Source of the DNA: Escherichia coli
GTDB taxonomy: Bacteria; Pseudomonadota; Gammaproteobacteria; Enterobacterales; Enterobacteriaceae
Assembly (NCBI GenBank): GCA_005400705.1
Contig: GCA_005400705.1_4079.1
Direction: 5' to 3' (one strand)
Length of the DNA stretch: 64,000 nucleotides
The position numbers were made by a program, and so were the translations under genes. Positions 52,808-62,841 of this stretch are shown in pieces (positions within the stretch are counted from its first letter, which is position 1; each line of letters opens with the position of its first letter). The notes beneath the pieces were generated by a model. That model searched no databases. It saw nothing but the letters and a program-made list of their open reading frames with translations, and was not told the DNA's origin.

Positions 52808-53133
52808 ATGGAAAAAGTATATATAATAAAATACCAGAAGGGTATGTACCTGTACCTAAAGAACAAAAATCAAAACAAATATCTCTACTTAGACAAGGAT
52901 CTATTACTGAAATAACTTTAGATGGTAAAACATTTCAAGTTCATGATCCTGCTCGTATTGAAAAAATTATTTCTTTGGTAGAAAGACACGAAGAACGATT
53001 TTTCAGTTTAAGTCAAGAGTTGGCAAAGACAAAACAAAATTGTAGACTATTAGAGAATCAAATATCAACTTTGACTAATACAGTTAAACAGTTACAGGAG
53101 CAAATAAAAAATGCAGGATTCGACCGATTCTAA
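52804..53133 (+). CDS. hypothetical protein
   Basis: 109-aa ORF, overlapping coupled starts. Confidence 0.45.
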   Translation: MNGKSIYNKIPEGYVPVPKEQKSKQISLLRQGSITEITLDGKTFQVHDPARIEKIISLVERHEERFFSLSQELAKTKQNCRLLENQISTLTNTVKQLQEQIKNAGFDRF

Positions 53134-53749
53134 ACATTATAGAAAAGCCCGAACTGATATTGACATTGACTTCAAGGATAGTAAAAGCGTAATTGCAAAA
53201 CTTCCTTGCGTGCGAAGTACTGAAAAAATTACGGAGGATGGTTTAATCCCCCATAATAGTGGTGTTCATTTTGATAATATACCAATTGATCCAATAACCG
53301 GATTGGCAAGTATACAATATAAAGAAGCTGAAAGTCTAGGATATCAAAAAGTTGATATTCTTTCACAGTCAGCTTACATGTATGTTCGTGATAGAGAGCA
53401 TTTAAAAGAACTAATGAATCAGGAACCAAATTGGGATCTATTATTAGAACCGGAAATTGTAGAACATCTTTCGCAAATTAAAAAACATGTAACTTTATTA
53501 AATGTATGGAAACCTAAATCCATAGACGAACTTGCAATGTTTATTGCAATGATACGCCCTGGAAAAAGGCAGTGCCAAAGTATGAACACATGGGACGAAG
53601 TTAAAGCCACCATATGGGATTATAGTACTATCGGCACTGACCAAGCAGGAAATAAATTACGATATTTCAAAAAGCCACATGCTTATGCATATAGCTTAAT
53701 GATTGTTGTACAACTAAATGCTTTAGTTGAACATCTTACTTCTTCTTAA
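53111..53749 (+). CDS. hypothetical protein
   Basis: 212-aa track ORF. Confidence 0.45.
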   Translation: MQDSTDSKHYRKARTDIDIDFKDSKSVIAKLPCVRSTEKITEDGLIPHNSGVHFDNIPIDPITGLASIQYKEAESLGYQKVDILSQSAYMYVRDREHLKELMNQEPNWDLLLEPEIVEHLSQIKKHVTLLNVWKPKSIDELAMFIAMIRPGKRQCQSMNTWDEVKATIWDYSTIGTDQAGNKLRYFKKPHAYAYSLMIVVQLNALVEHLTSS

Positions 53750-54089
53750 GAGCCACATTACGACGCTTGATGCGTTTTTGTGGCAAATTGCTTAAAGAAA
53801 CTACTGGACCACATACGAAATTCACCGACGGTGTATCGAATCTCTGTGTGTACGGTTCAAATTTCTCCATCTCTTCTTGAAAGAATAGACAAACTGGAAT
53901 GGTTCTATTACTTTGCCACCACCAATCGTGTGCTATACCTAACAATTCGTCTTGCATTGAATCATCCATATCATCGAAACAGTAAAGAGTTGTATACTGT
54001 TTGCTTTTGATTTTGATGATACCAACAAACGTTTTACCATCATACTGGATTACAGTAATGAATGGTGGAATAGTGTTATATTGATTCAT
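53736..54089 (-). CDS. hypothetical protein with basic C-terminus, antisense to surrounding genes
   Basis: 117 aa; only minus-strand ORF in 40-64 kb block; convergent 14-nt overlap; palindromic TATAAATTTATA upstream. Confidence 0.45.
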   Translation of the reverse strand: MNQYNTIPPFITVIQYDGKTFVGIIKIKSKQYTTLYCFDDMDDSMQDELLGIAHDWWWQSNRTIPVCLFFQEEMEKFEPYTQRFDTPSVNFVCGPVVSLSNLPQKRIKRRNVALKKK

Positions 54090-54109
54090 ATTAGTTCCAT
54101 AAATATTAG

Positions 54110-54121
54110 TATAAATTTATA
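54110..54121. promoter_or_regulatory. palindromic late-promoter-like element TATAAATTTATA (reads TATAAATT on both strands)
   Basis: Lies between divergent starts 54089 (minus) and 54147 (plus). Confidence 0.4.
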
Positions 54122-54146
54122 CCTATTATTTATGGAAGGAAAAACT

Positions 54147-55124
54147 ATGGCTCATCACGGCGTGTTTATGTACCCTTATAATCAGGAAGTATCATTGGGC
54201 AATTTTAATATGCCATATAGCAATGAAAAACTAACTATATATAGAGGGGCAAATAATAATTTATCTTTTACTGTTCACAACGCTGATGGAAAATATACTT
54301 TATTGAAAGATAATGAATATCTTACATTTATGATTTTTGATGCACGAAATAATACTAAACTATTTGATGTTGTATTAGAAAAACAAGAACCCAGTTGGTT
54401 ATCAGAAAGTGGACAAGCAAGACAAACATTAGGAAATAAAAAGAAAGTATATTATGGATGTATTGTTCCAGCAGGAGTTATTCAAGATACCAGTCCTGGT
54501 TCAAAATATAGATGGAGCATTACTAAAGTAACAATGGATGGTTCACTTATAGAACCAACACAATATCTATACACAGGGATGAACTTTGAGGCATCAGCAG
54601 AGCTAATAATTTCAGACCAAGCAGCACCTGTATTTGTCCCCAGTACTGAAATATCAGTTAATAAAAATCCAGCATGGACAACTATAAAGCGTTTATATCA
54701 TGAACCAATTGGAAATGGTATGATTGGTGAATATGATATTCTCGCATCAACTCCACTACCAGCACAAATGCAGTTTGGATTAGTAGATGGATTAAGTAGT
54801 ATTGCAATCTATTTTGATAAATTTATTGGTAGAATACAGCTACAAGGGTGCTTGTGTAACAACGTACCTAATGATAATGAAAACTATAAATGGTTTATTA
54901 TTAAATTAGATGGAAAGGATTATATTGAAAATGGAATTGATTCAGAAGGTTTTCCAAAAGAACTTGACGGAATACAAGCATTTAATTTTAAAGGAAATTA
55001 TATGTGGTTACGTTTGGTGGTTGCTATTCATCCCAAAATTGTTCCAGTACCATATGACTATGCTGCTGTCCGAAAAGTGTATGACCCTTTCCTAACAGTA
55101 CCTAAAATTTTGATACGTAGATGA
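54147..55124 (+). CDS. hypothetical protein (possibly structural)
   Basis: Start trimmed to ATG 54147 with GGAAGGA RBS; track start 54081 overlaps divergent gene. Confidence 0.5.
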   Translation: MAHHGVFMYPYNQEVSLGNFNMPYSNEKLTIYRGANNNLSFTVHNADGKYTLLKDNEYLTFMIFDARNNTKLFDVVLEKQEPSWLSESGQARQTLGNKKKVYYGCIVPAGVIQDTSPGSKYRWSITKVTMDGSLIEPTQYLYTGMNFEASAELIISDQAAPVFVPSTEISVNKNPAWTTIKRLYHEPIGNGMIGEYDILASTPLPAQMQFGLVDGLSSIAIYFDKFIGRIQLQGCLCNNVPNDNENYKWFIIKLDGKDYIENGIDSEGFPKELDGIQAFNFKGNYMWLRLVVAIHPKIVPVPYDYAAVRKVYDPFLTVPKILIRR

Positions 55125-55150
55125 GACAAAACTAGAAGGTGTGCTATAAT
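55122..55150 (+). promoter_or_regulatory. promoter, TGAGAC-N17-TATAAT class with TGTGC extended -10
   Basis: TGAGAC 55122-55127, TATAAT 55145-55150. Confidence 0.5.
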
Positions 55151-55179
55151 CATTTGTAAGAAAAGACAAGGATTAACTT

Positions 55180-56235
55180 ATGAACGCTGTACAAAACATA
55201 ATGGCACAAATTATGAATGATCCAGTACCTGCGATTGGTACATGGTCACGACACAACTGTCCAGCTTGTGTGTTCAGAGGACATTCAAGGCCGGATACAA
55301 AGCACCGTGGTAATCATATGTTCAATGCAGATGGTTCCGTTTCATATAACTGCTTTAACTGTAGTTTAAAAACTGGTTGGCAACCAGGAAAATATATGAG
55401 CAAAGATATGGAGTCTTTGCTCATTTCTTTTGGTGCACAAGATAAAGAAATAGAATTAGTTAAGTTTTATATTAAAGAAATGGTTGACAGCGGTGATTTT
55501 GCTGCACAAGAAACTGTTGCATCAAAATTGTATGACCGAGTAACAGTACGTGATTTGCCATCAAATGCAAAAACATTTTGGGAATGGGCTTCTTTACCTG
55601 AAGATAAAATTCCACAAGAATTTATAAGTGTTTTGCATAATGTCAATGAAAGAAACCCATATCTGTTAGACTTAGAATTATATTGGTCACCTAATAAAGA
55701 ACATAAAATGTATGACAGATTTATTATTCCATATTTCATGAATGGTAAAATTATTGGTTATACTGCACGACATAAATTAAAAGATCCTGGAAGTACATAC
55801 AGGTTCATAAATCAAGTAAGTACTAATATACTATATAACTATGATTTATTAAAAGATGAACGAATAAAAACAATTTTAGTATGTGAGGGTCCGTTAGACG
55901 CAGCATTAATGGGTGGTGTATCTGCTAATAACTTTAAATTATCAAACGTACAGATTGATGTATTAAAAGATGCACAGCAAAAAGGTAAAAAAATAGTTAT
56001 TGTTCCAGATAGAGATAAAGATGGATTAATAACTATAGATCAAGCACTTGAAAATGGATTCAGTGTTTCCTTCCCAGACTTTGGTGCTGTAAGAGAAGGT
56101 AGTACAATACGTCATATCAAGGACTTTGAAGAAGCTTGTGCACGATTTGGTAGGTTATTTTGTTTACAATTAATACATGATAGTATAGTAGATGAGCCAT
56201 TTTATATTAAAGCTCAAACGGATAAATGGATGTAA
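55180..56235 (+). CDS. gp61: DNA primase (gp61/DnaG-like; zinc-binding plus TOPRIM)
   Basis: CPACVF...CFNCS zinc ribbon; TOPRIM-like ILVCEGPLDA and IVIVPDRDKDG. Confidence 0.75.
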   Translation: MNAVQNIMAQIMNDPVPAIGTWSRHNCPACVFRGHSRPDTKHRGNHMFNADGSVSYNCFNCSLKTGWQPGKYMSKDMESLLISFGAQDKEIELVKFYIKEMVDSGDFAAQETVASKLYDRVTVRDLPSNAKTFWEWASLPEDKIPQEFISVLHNVNERNPYLLDLELYWSPNKEHKMYDRFIIPYFMNGKIIGYTARHKLKDPGSTYRFINQVSTNILYNYDLLKDERIKTILVCEGPLDAALMGGVSANNFKLSNVQIDVLKDAQQKGKKIVIVPDRDKDGLITIDQALENGFSVSFPDFGAVREGSTIRHIKDFEEACARFGRLFCLQLIHDSIVDEPFYIKAQTDKWM

Positions 56236-56257
56236 TACATATAATGAGGGAACATAG

Positions 56258-57778
56258 ATGATTCAAAGCACAGTGGATGTGAAACAATATGGGATTAATG
56301 CACAACAATACTTATTATCTCAGATTTTCAGTAATCCTGATTTATATGTACGTTGTAAAAATATCCTTAAACCAGAATATTTTGATAAAACATTTCATGA
56401 AAGTATTCAATACGTGCATGATTATGCTGCAAAATATAGTTCATCACCTACTTTAAAAGATATTGAAGTTAAAGGTGGTTATCAATACGATCAATATGAA
56501 GTTCAAGAATTACATAAACAATCAGTACTTGATACATGTGGTGAATTTTGTCGCCATAAAGCATTAGCTTTAGCCGTTGAAAAAGGAATGGAACTTGTCC
56601 ATCAGAAAAAATATGGTGGAATCGAAGAACTAATCCGAGAAGCAATGTTGGTAACGGTACAGAATGAGTTAGGTTTGGATATTTTTGAAAACCCTGAAGA
56701 TACAATCCGCTCACTCAGTACAATGCAAGGGTCATTTAAGAGTGGTTGGGAAACTCTTGATTACAAACTTTTCGGTGGATTTGGGCGTAGAGAGTTAGAG
56801 ATCTTTGCTGCTGCATCAGGTGGTGGTAAATCAGTAGTACTGCAAAATTTAGCAGTTAACTTTGCGAAAGCTGGTATGAATGGTGCATACATTTCACTTG
56901 AACTAGCTGAAGAGTTGGTTGCTGTTCGTATCTATGGTATGATGACTGAATCAAAACTCAGTAACGTAAAAAATGAAGCTGAAAAGATTGGATTTGCTGT
57001 TAAAGTTGAAGGTAAAAACAGTGGTATGTTGCGTATTAAACGCTTACCTGAATCTGTAACAACCACTGACGATATTGAAAGTTATCTACGTGAATTACAA
57101 ATTAAGATGGAAATCAAACTTGATTATGTATGCGTGGACTATTTGGATCTATTAACTTCTAATCGTCTTGGACCAAATGATAAATCCAATACATTTACTA
57201 AAGATAAGTTTGTATCAGAAGAATTACGTGCACTTGCAACCAAAATGGATTTAACTGTTTTCACTGCATCTCAGTTTAACCGTAGTGGTATGGACGAAGA
57301 TAAGAAAAGTCAAAGTCAGATTGCTGGTGGTATTTCGAAAATTTATACTGCTGATAACGTAATTTATATTGAGGCACGAAAAGAAACTGGCGAACTATGG
57401 TTTGATTTCCAAAAAACACGTAACAGTAGTGCAGTAGGTTCCCGTTTGCGTATGTCATATGATATTGATTCATTGAGAGTTCTTGACCACGCAACTACAG
57501 TACAACAAATGGAAACCGAAGGTAATGGATTCCGTCACAGCGGTGTTTCTAAGATTGGTGGAGGGAATATGGCGTTACCACCCAGCACTATGCAAACATT
57601 ACGTCATACGCTTTCTGGTGCAGCTAAATCACCATCTGTGCAACCTGACAATACAGTAACACTAAATACTGATAGTGCTCCTAACTCTACGACACAAAAC
57701 GAAATACAGAATCCACAGACACATGCTGGTACTGATCGTGTTCATGCAATGAAGCAATGGTTAAATCAAAGGAAATGA
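56258..57778 (+). CDS. gp41: replicative DNA helicase (gp41/DnaB-like)
   Basis: Walker A AASGGGKS; RecA-like core with Walker B DYVCVDYLD; 506 aa. Confidence 0.8.
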   Translation: MIQSTVDVKQYGINAQQYLLSQIFSNPDLYVRCKNILKPEYFDKTFHESIQYVHDYAAKYSSSPTLKDIEVKGGYQYDQYEVQELHKQSVLDTCGEFCRHKALALAVEKGMELVHQKKYGGIEELIREAMLVTVQNELGLDIFENPEDTIRSLSTMQGSFKSGWETLDYKLFGGFGRRELEIFAAASGGGKSVVLQNLAVNFAKAGMNGAYISLELAEELVAVRIYGMMTESKLSNVKNEAEKIGFAVKVEGKNSGMLRIKRLPESVTTTDDIESYLRELQIKMEIKLDYVCVDYLDLLTSNRLGPNDKSNTFTKDKFVSEELRALATKMDLTVFTASQFNRSGMDEDKKSQSQIAGGISKIYTADNVIYIEARKETGELWFDFQKTRNSSAVGSRLRMSYDIDSLRVLDHATTVQQMETEGNGFRHSGVSKIGGGNMALPPSTMQTLRHTLSGAAKSPSVQPDNTVTLNTDSAPNSTTQNEIQNPQTHAGTDRVHAMKQWLNQRK

Positions 57779-57781
57779 TAA

Positions 57782-58054
57782 ATGTCTAGTAAATCCAATA
57801 AAAAGAATCTACTTGATAGTATAGTTGACTATACGCCAGAGAAAGATACATTACAGAGTTTTAGTAATCGTGCAGACCACGCAATAAACTCTGTGATTCA
57901 TTTATTGGAGAGCATTGAAGATGAGTTTAACCAAACTGATGCTGAAGATTTAAAAAAACGCTTATTTCTAAGTATAAAAAACCGAGATTATAAAAAGTTT
58001 CAAAAAGGGTTAGAGAATATAGCACTTGATGAAAAACGTAATAAAGGAAATTAA
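57782..58054 (+). CDS. hypothetical protein
   Basis: 90-aa track ORF. Confidence 0.4.
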   Translation: MSSKSNKKNLLDSIVDYTPEKDTLQSFSNRADHAINSVIHLLESIEDEFNQTDAEDLKKRLFLSIKNRDYKKFQKGLENIALDEKRNKGN

Positions 58055-58055
58055 T

Positions 58056-58220
58056 ATGAAGAAAAAGAATATCAAAGAAAATGCATCTTCTGGAGCTACT
58101 TCAGCAGGTGCTATTGCATCAGTCAGTACTGGTTTACATTATCCATTACATCGTAGATTGCCTCCTACTAACTTCTTTGGATACAAAGTCGTAGAGAAAA
58201 AAGATAAGGACAAAGAATGA
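58056..58220 (+). CDS. small hypothetical protein
   Basis: Internal ATG 58056 with AAAGGAAA upstream (track 58026-58220). Confidence 0.35.
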   Translation: MKKKNIKENASSGATSAGAIASVSTGLHYPLHRRLPPTNFFGYKVVEKKDKDKE

Positions 58221-58609
58221 AACCATATACATTCTACACAATTCACACTGTAGTAGATATTGGTGATGGTAAAACCCCAACAATCATAGATTCTAAGTTC
58301 ACTGGTGCTATGAACTTGTCTAGGTTGTTGGAAGCTATTATGGTATATGACTATCCAATGATGGTAAGCGTTGTTAAAAATGAAGTCGATTTATATAAAG
58401 ATAATAATTCATCTTTTTATAACATGCCAATTTCTTGGGGAAAATGTACCATAAGCACATTCAAATTCGCATTACCAATGGATGTCGAACTTCGTTTGAA
58501 TGGTATACCATTGGTTCTACCAACCGAATTAAATGGAAAACGAATAACAAAATTTATCACATCTGGTGATGATATTAACATTAGCATCAGCAAACAGACC
58601 TTTTCTTAA
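58217..58609 (+). CDS. hypothetical protein
   Basis: 130-aa track ORF. Confidence 0.45.
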   Translation: MKPYTFYTIHTVVDIGDGKTPTIIDSKFTGAMNLSRLLEAIMVYDYPMMVSVVKNEVDLYKDNNSSFYNMPISWGKCTISTFKFALPMDVELRLNGIPLVLPTELNGKRITKFITSGDDINISISKQTFS

Positions 58610-58630
58610 TTGTGATAAATATCATAAAGC

Positions 58631-58654
58631 AAGACAGAGGTCTTTTTATTTTAT
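58631..58654 (+). terminator. weak hairpin plus T-run
   Basis: AAGAC-agag-GTCTT followed by TTTTATTTT. Confidence 0.35.
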
Positions 58655-58665
58655 ATGGAGAAAAT

Positions 58666-59610
58666 ATGGATATAAACCAAACAGCAACTGAACTTCAAAA
58701 GTTCGCAGATGCACATAATTTGAATGTTGATGTTTCTGTTATTCTTGATAATATGGATGCAGGTGATTTTATCACTTTAAATTCTGCGATTGATAATTCT
58801 GACAATCGTGAAATATTCCAAATTTTACAAAAATACAAAGCACAGATGAGTGAATGTTATAATTATTTTAGTACTAAAAATGTTAACAAACATATTAATG
58901 AAAGTACTGAACTTCATAGTATTGTTGATTCAATGTCACTAAAGCAATTAGCAGAAGAGTATCATAAAAATTATACATATTCAGATATAACAAAACTAAC
59001 CACACAAGAATTAAAAGCAATTGTATTTGAAGATTTACAAAATCAAGCCACACAAATGCAAGCAAAACAAATTGCTAAAATGAATGTTTCTCAGGGTCAA
59101 CAACAAGTCAATCCACAAACTCAAGCTAAAATGAAACAAGCTGAGTTGCAAAGAAATGCTAATAATATGAAAGTTAGTGTTCCTGGTACACAAAGCGGGA
59201 CAGATTCGGTTGAACCTGTAGTTGGTGTTGACCCAGGTCAAACACCGGAGCAATCATTAGTTATTACTAAAAGCGGGACCAAGCCAAATGAGTTGAACGT
59301 TTTTCCTTTGAGTGATGTTAATCCTATTGATAATCAAAATAATCCAATTCGTGAAGAAAAATCTCCACAAGAAATTAACAGTGAACTTATGGCTAATTCC
59401 AGTTTAGAGCCTGATAGTAATCCTGATACACCATCACCATTGTCACATCATGCACCAGGTATGGGCGAAATGATACATGCAATTTCTGATATTGAAAAAG
59501 AAGATGATATCTATGGTGATGAAAGTGTTATGGCAAACACATCACAATCTGATAATGATGACATGGTAGACCAAATTATCGATTTCTGTCATCGTATGCG
59601 AGGTCGTTAA
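58666..59610 (+). CDS. hypothetical Gln/Asn-rich protein
   Basis: Start trimmed to ATG 58666 after GGAG (track start 58612 overlaps hairpin). Confidence 0.5.
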   Translation: MDINQTATELQKFADAHNLNVDVSVILDNMDAGDFITLNSAIDNSDNREIFQILQKYKAQMSECYNYFSTKNVNKHINESTELHSIVDSMSLKQLAEEYHKNYTYSDITKLTTQELKAIVFEDLQNQATQMQAKQIAKMNVSQGQQQVNPQTQAKMKQAELQRNANNMKVSVPGTQSGTDSVEPVVGVDPGQTPEQSLVITKSGTKPNELNVFPLSDVNPIDNQNNPIREEKSPQEINSELMANSSLEPDSNPDTPSPLSHHAPGMGEMIHAISDIEKEDDIYGDESVMANTSQSDNDDMVDQIIDFCHRMRGR

Positions 59611-59828
59611 TGAGAACAGTACTAAATGTGCATGGTCACAATACAATGGTTTCTAATGAAGAATATAAACTATTACAAAAGATAAAAGCACGCGGTACTG
59701 TTCCAGTTGAAAAGGTAAATGAATATTATCAGGAATTAGCTGATAAGATGGTATCACGTGGTGTTCTAAATAAAATAGAAAATGATGACGGTACTGAATC
59801 TTACCAAACAGTTAGGAGTAGTAAATGA
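59610..59828 (+). CDS. hypothetical small protein
   Basis: 72-aa track ORF. Confidence 0.4.
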   Translation: MRTVLNVHGHNTMVSNEEYKLLQKIKARGTVPVEKVNEYYQELADKMVSRGVLNKIENDDGTESYQTVRSSK

Positions 59829-60496
59829 ATTACGAATATGATCAACAATCAGTTAATCAGATGGCTGATTTGTTAAGTGGATTGAATGACATTGAAGCTG
59901 GTGAAACACATAACGCATCGGGGGTTCCATATAAAACTGGTGGTGATATCGGTGCTATGGCTTCTATTTTAACTTCATTAAATGAAGCAGGTATGGATTA
60001 TGGTGAACCACAACATCCACATATGGTTCAATACAATTCTCCGTATAATGAACATTTATCAGGGAATTCACCAGTACCTTCGCCACGACCATCACAAGCA
60101 CCTATTAAACCAAAAACTAATTGGAGTTTAGTGGAAGAAAAAGTACAAGGTACTAAATCTACTAAAGTTTATAGCATTAAGTGTAATCATAGTTCACAAA
60201 TTATCATGAATAATATTATGATGTATGAAGCAGCACTTACATTAGTTAATCTTCTCAATGAAGGAAGAATGTTGACAGATGCAAAAGTACTTGGTATAAT
60301 CAGTTCGGGTCTTCAATACACGAATGTGATTAGTGAAGCATTGAAAGCAGCCCAGAAACGTCAACGCGTACTTAATGAATCGAAGTATGATGAAGCAAAA
60401 GATTTAGATATAATTATTGCAGAAAAGAAAGCTGAAGCGTATAAATTAAAAGAGCGTGTATTAAACTTTCTAAAAGGCGAAGGTTATATAAAGTAA
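59825..60496 (+). CDS. hypothetical protein
   Basis: 223-aa ORF overlapping upstream stop. Confidence 0.45.
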   Translation: MNYEYDQQSVNQMADLLSGLNDIEAGETHNASGVPYKTGGDIGAMASILTSLNEAGMDYGEPQHPHMVQYNSPYNEHLSGNSPVPSPRPSQAPIKPKTNWSLVEEKVQGTKSTKVYSIKCNHSSQIIMNNIMMYEAALTLVNLLNEGRMLTDAKVLGIISSGLQYTNVISEALKAAQKRQRVLNESKYDEAKDLDIIIAEKKAEAYKLKERVLNFLKGEGYIK

Positions 60497-60528
60497 ATAA
60501 ATGAGTGATATTTTATAAGGAAATACAA

Positions 60529-61161
60529 ATGTCAAAATATAAAAAACTAATGGAAGCAGCTTCTCGTGCAGAAGCTATGAAGTTTATTCAACTAAATGAA
60601 TCTAATATTGAAAAAGCAGAAATTGTTCTTTCAGTAAAAGGTGAGATTGTTGATAAACTCCAACGTCAATCTGAGGTTATTAACAACATGGGTGTTGACG
60701 TACTAGGCCCACTACTTGACCGTATTAAAGCCGAGCAAGGTCTAGATGCTGCACAAAATTTTAGTGATAATGTTCGTCATCTACTACAACATGCAGTTAC
60801 TACCTTAATGGATGTAAAAGACAAAATCAGTACTGAAACACTTAAACTAACTGGTGATATCACTGATGGTCCAGATGTTTCTGATATTGGAAGTGAAGAT
60901 GTTGATATTGATATTGCAGCAGATACCCCAACTTTTGATATGGATGCAGACGCAGACTTTGAAGAAGACATTATCTCTGAGCCAGTACCAACTGAACGTG
61001 AAATGAAAGAATCTGTTAAACCAAGTAAAGTTGGTGTAAAAATGGAAAGTATTCGCGGAACTGTGGGTACTAAATACTTTAGTTCAAAAGAAGAAATGAA
61101 AACATGGCTTTCTGAGAATGAAAAGAAAGTTAAACGTGTTCTAGGATACGTTAAAAAATAA
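60529..61161 (+). CDS. acidic hypothetical protein
   Basis: Start at ATG 60529 after AAGGAAA; Asp/Glu-rich central region. Confidence 0.5.
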   Translation: MSKYKKLMEAASRAEAMKFIQLNESNIEKAEIVLSVKGEIVDKLQRQSEVINNMGVDVLGPLLDRIKAEQGLDAAQNFSDNVRHLLQHAVTTLMDVKDKISTETLKLTGDITDGPDVSDIGSEDVDIDIAADTPTFDMDADADFEEDIISEPVPTEREMKESVKPSKVGVKMESIRGTVGTKYFSSKEEMKTWLSENEKKVKRVLGYVKK

Positions 61162-61177
61162 TTAAGGACAATTCTAC

Positions 61178-61513
61178 ATGAGATTTCGTGATCTTACTGA
61201 AGAGGCTCCTGGTAAAGATATACGCAATATGATTACTACTATTGCGTTGTCTTTAGTGTCCACGGGTCGAGAAGAAGTAAATGTTCAATCTTTGATTTCT
61301 GAAATTAAAAAGAGAACCAACATCGATGTTCCATACAATGTAATGATGGACATTTTGAATTCCCTTCCTTTTGTACAGGATGCTAATTCTGATGTTGTAA
61401 CTTTTGCAGGAAATTCAGCAGAAGGTTCAGAAGAAGTCGAGCAAGATTCTGAAGAGCAAGTTGAAGATTGGGCCACAAAAGCTGCTGTGACAGCAAATAA
61501 ACAAAAAAACTGA
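61178..61513 (+). CDS. hypothetical acidic protein
   Basis: 111-aa track ORF. Confidence 0.45.
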   Translation: MRFRDLTEEAPGKDIRNMITTIALSLVSTGREEVNVQSLISEIKKRTNIDVPYNVMMDILNSLPFVQDANSDVVTFAGNSAEGSEEVEQDSEEQVEDWATKAAVTANKQKN

Positions 61514-61539
61514 GACAAATTAAAATATAATGCTATAAT
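61511..61539 (+). promoter_or_regulatory. promoter, TGAGAC-N17-TATAAT class
   Basis: TGAGAC 61511-61516, TATAAT 61534-61539 preceded by TGC. Confidence 0.5.
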
Positions 61540-61552
61540 TAGGAGTACACGG

Positions 61553-62272
61553 ATGTACACACCACCAATTGTTAGCAGATATACATATGTTGGTTACAAT
61601 AGAATTGAAGGCGGCCCAGAAGGTCGCCTTTATTCAACTCCAACAGGTAATCTGCCGTCAGTAACAACAATTCTAAGTGCGACCTCGAATGACGAAGGTT
61701 TAAAGAAATGGAGAGAATTTGTTGGTGAAGAAAAGGCTAATGAGATTACATTAGAAGCATGTACAGTTGGTACTTTTATGCATGAGAACTTGGAATTTAG
61801 ATTGGAAGGAAAGCCAGACCATGAAGGTGGTATGCCAATTCGAGTTCTTGCACGTAGAATGGCTGACAAAATTCAGCAAGAAGCATGGCCTAGAATTAAT
61901 GAAGTATGGGGACAGGAAGTCCCATTGTACTATGAAGGTTTATGGGCCGGAACAACTGATTTAGTAGGTGTTCATGATGGAATCCCAACCATTATGGATT
62001 ATAAAAATTCCCGTAAAGTTAAGAAGTGGGGACAAATAGAAAATTATCGTATGCAAATTGCAGCATATGCATTAGCCCATAATCAAATGTTTGGAACTAA
62101 TATAGAACGTGGTGTGATTTTCATCTGTGTAAGAAAAGATCCTAACAATCTACAATATCAAGAGTTTGTCATAGAAGGACAAGACTTCAAAGATGCAGTC
62201 AATATGTGGATTGAACGTGTAGAACAATACTATATTTTACGTGGAGAAATTGAATCAAATGGAGCAGCATAA
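61553..62272 (+). CDS. PD-(D/E)XK family nuclease (RecB-nuclease/lambda-Exo-like fold)
   Basis: GTTDLVGV...IMDYK (D...D-x-K) and QIAAYA (QxxxY) in canonical order; AGGAG RBS; lacks Cas4-type Cys cluster. Confidence 0.6.
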   Translation: MYTPPIVSRYTYVGYNRIEGGPEGRLYSTPTGNLPSVTTILSATSNDEGLKKWREFVGEEKANEITLEACTVGTFMHENLEFRLEGKPDHEGGMPIRVLARRMADKIQQEAWPRINEVWGQEVPLYYEGLWAGTTDLVGVHDGIPTIMDYKNSRKVKKWGQIENYRMQIAAYALAHNQMFGTNIERGVIFICVRKDPNNLQYQEFVIEGQDFKDAVNMWIERVEQYYILRGEIESNGAA

Positions 62273-62813
62273 AAAAATGAAACAAGATCTATATACAATT
62301 CGTGCACTAGTAAGTAAAGGTTATGATTTAGAAGAAGTAATTAAACTTAGTGAAGAAGAGATTGATAAACTGGATTTGTCAAATAAGCTAATTCTAAATA
62401 TCAAAGATTATAAACAACGTGGTGCTAAACCTGTTGAAGAAATTAAAGAACAAATTGCACAAGATATTAGTGTTGATGAAGTATCACGCAATGTACCACC
62501 AGAAGTTATTCAAGAGTATGTTGTTGATAGTGAAGAACAAGTTAAAGTTTCTGAAGAAGTAGAAATTATTGCAGAAGAACTTGCTCCTGAATTGGAAGAA
62601 GATGAAGTTGTTATTGAGCGTGTTGTTTCATCTAAAGAAGATTTGGACATTATCAAAGAAGCATTGCAAACTAAAGAATTAAAAAGTGTTTCCAATTATG
62701 TTAAACATTTAAAATCTTTAGTACCAGAACAAATTCTATCTTCTGTAGATAGCTCAGTTGTATCTCAACTAATTAATGAGCGTATTGCGGAAGTTAAAGA
62801 AAAAGCTAAATAA
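62241..62813 (+). CDS. hypothetical Glu/Lys-rich protein (start uncertain)
   Basis: Track ORF overlapping upstream gene; several in-frame ATGs. Confidence 0.4.
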   Translation: MEKLNQMEQHKKMKQDLYTIRALVSKGYDLEEVIKLSEEEIDKLDLSNKLILNIKDYKQRGAKPVEEIKEQIAQDISVDEVSRNVPPEVIQEYVVDSEEQVKVSEEVEIIAEELAPELEEDEVVIERVVSSKEDLDIIKEALQTKELKSVSNYVKHLKSLVPEQILSSVDSSVVSQLINERIAEVKEKAK

Positions 62814-62841
62814 TCCTATAATACTATAGGAGATAGTTTTT

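Noticed and set aside
61553-62272. Cas4-like nuclease
   Set aside because: PD-(D/E)XK motifs present but the Cas4-type four-cysteine Fe-S cluster is absent and no CRISPR context exists
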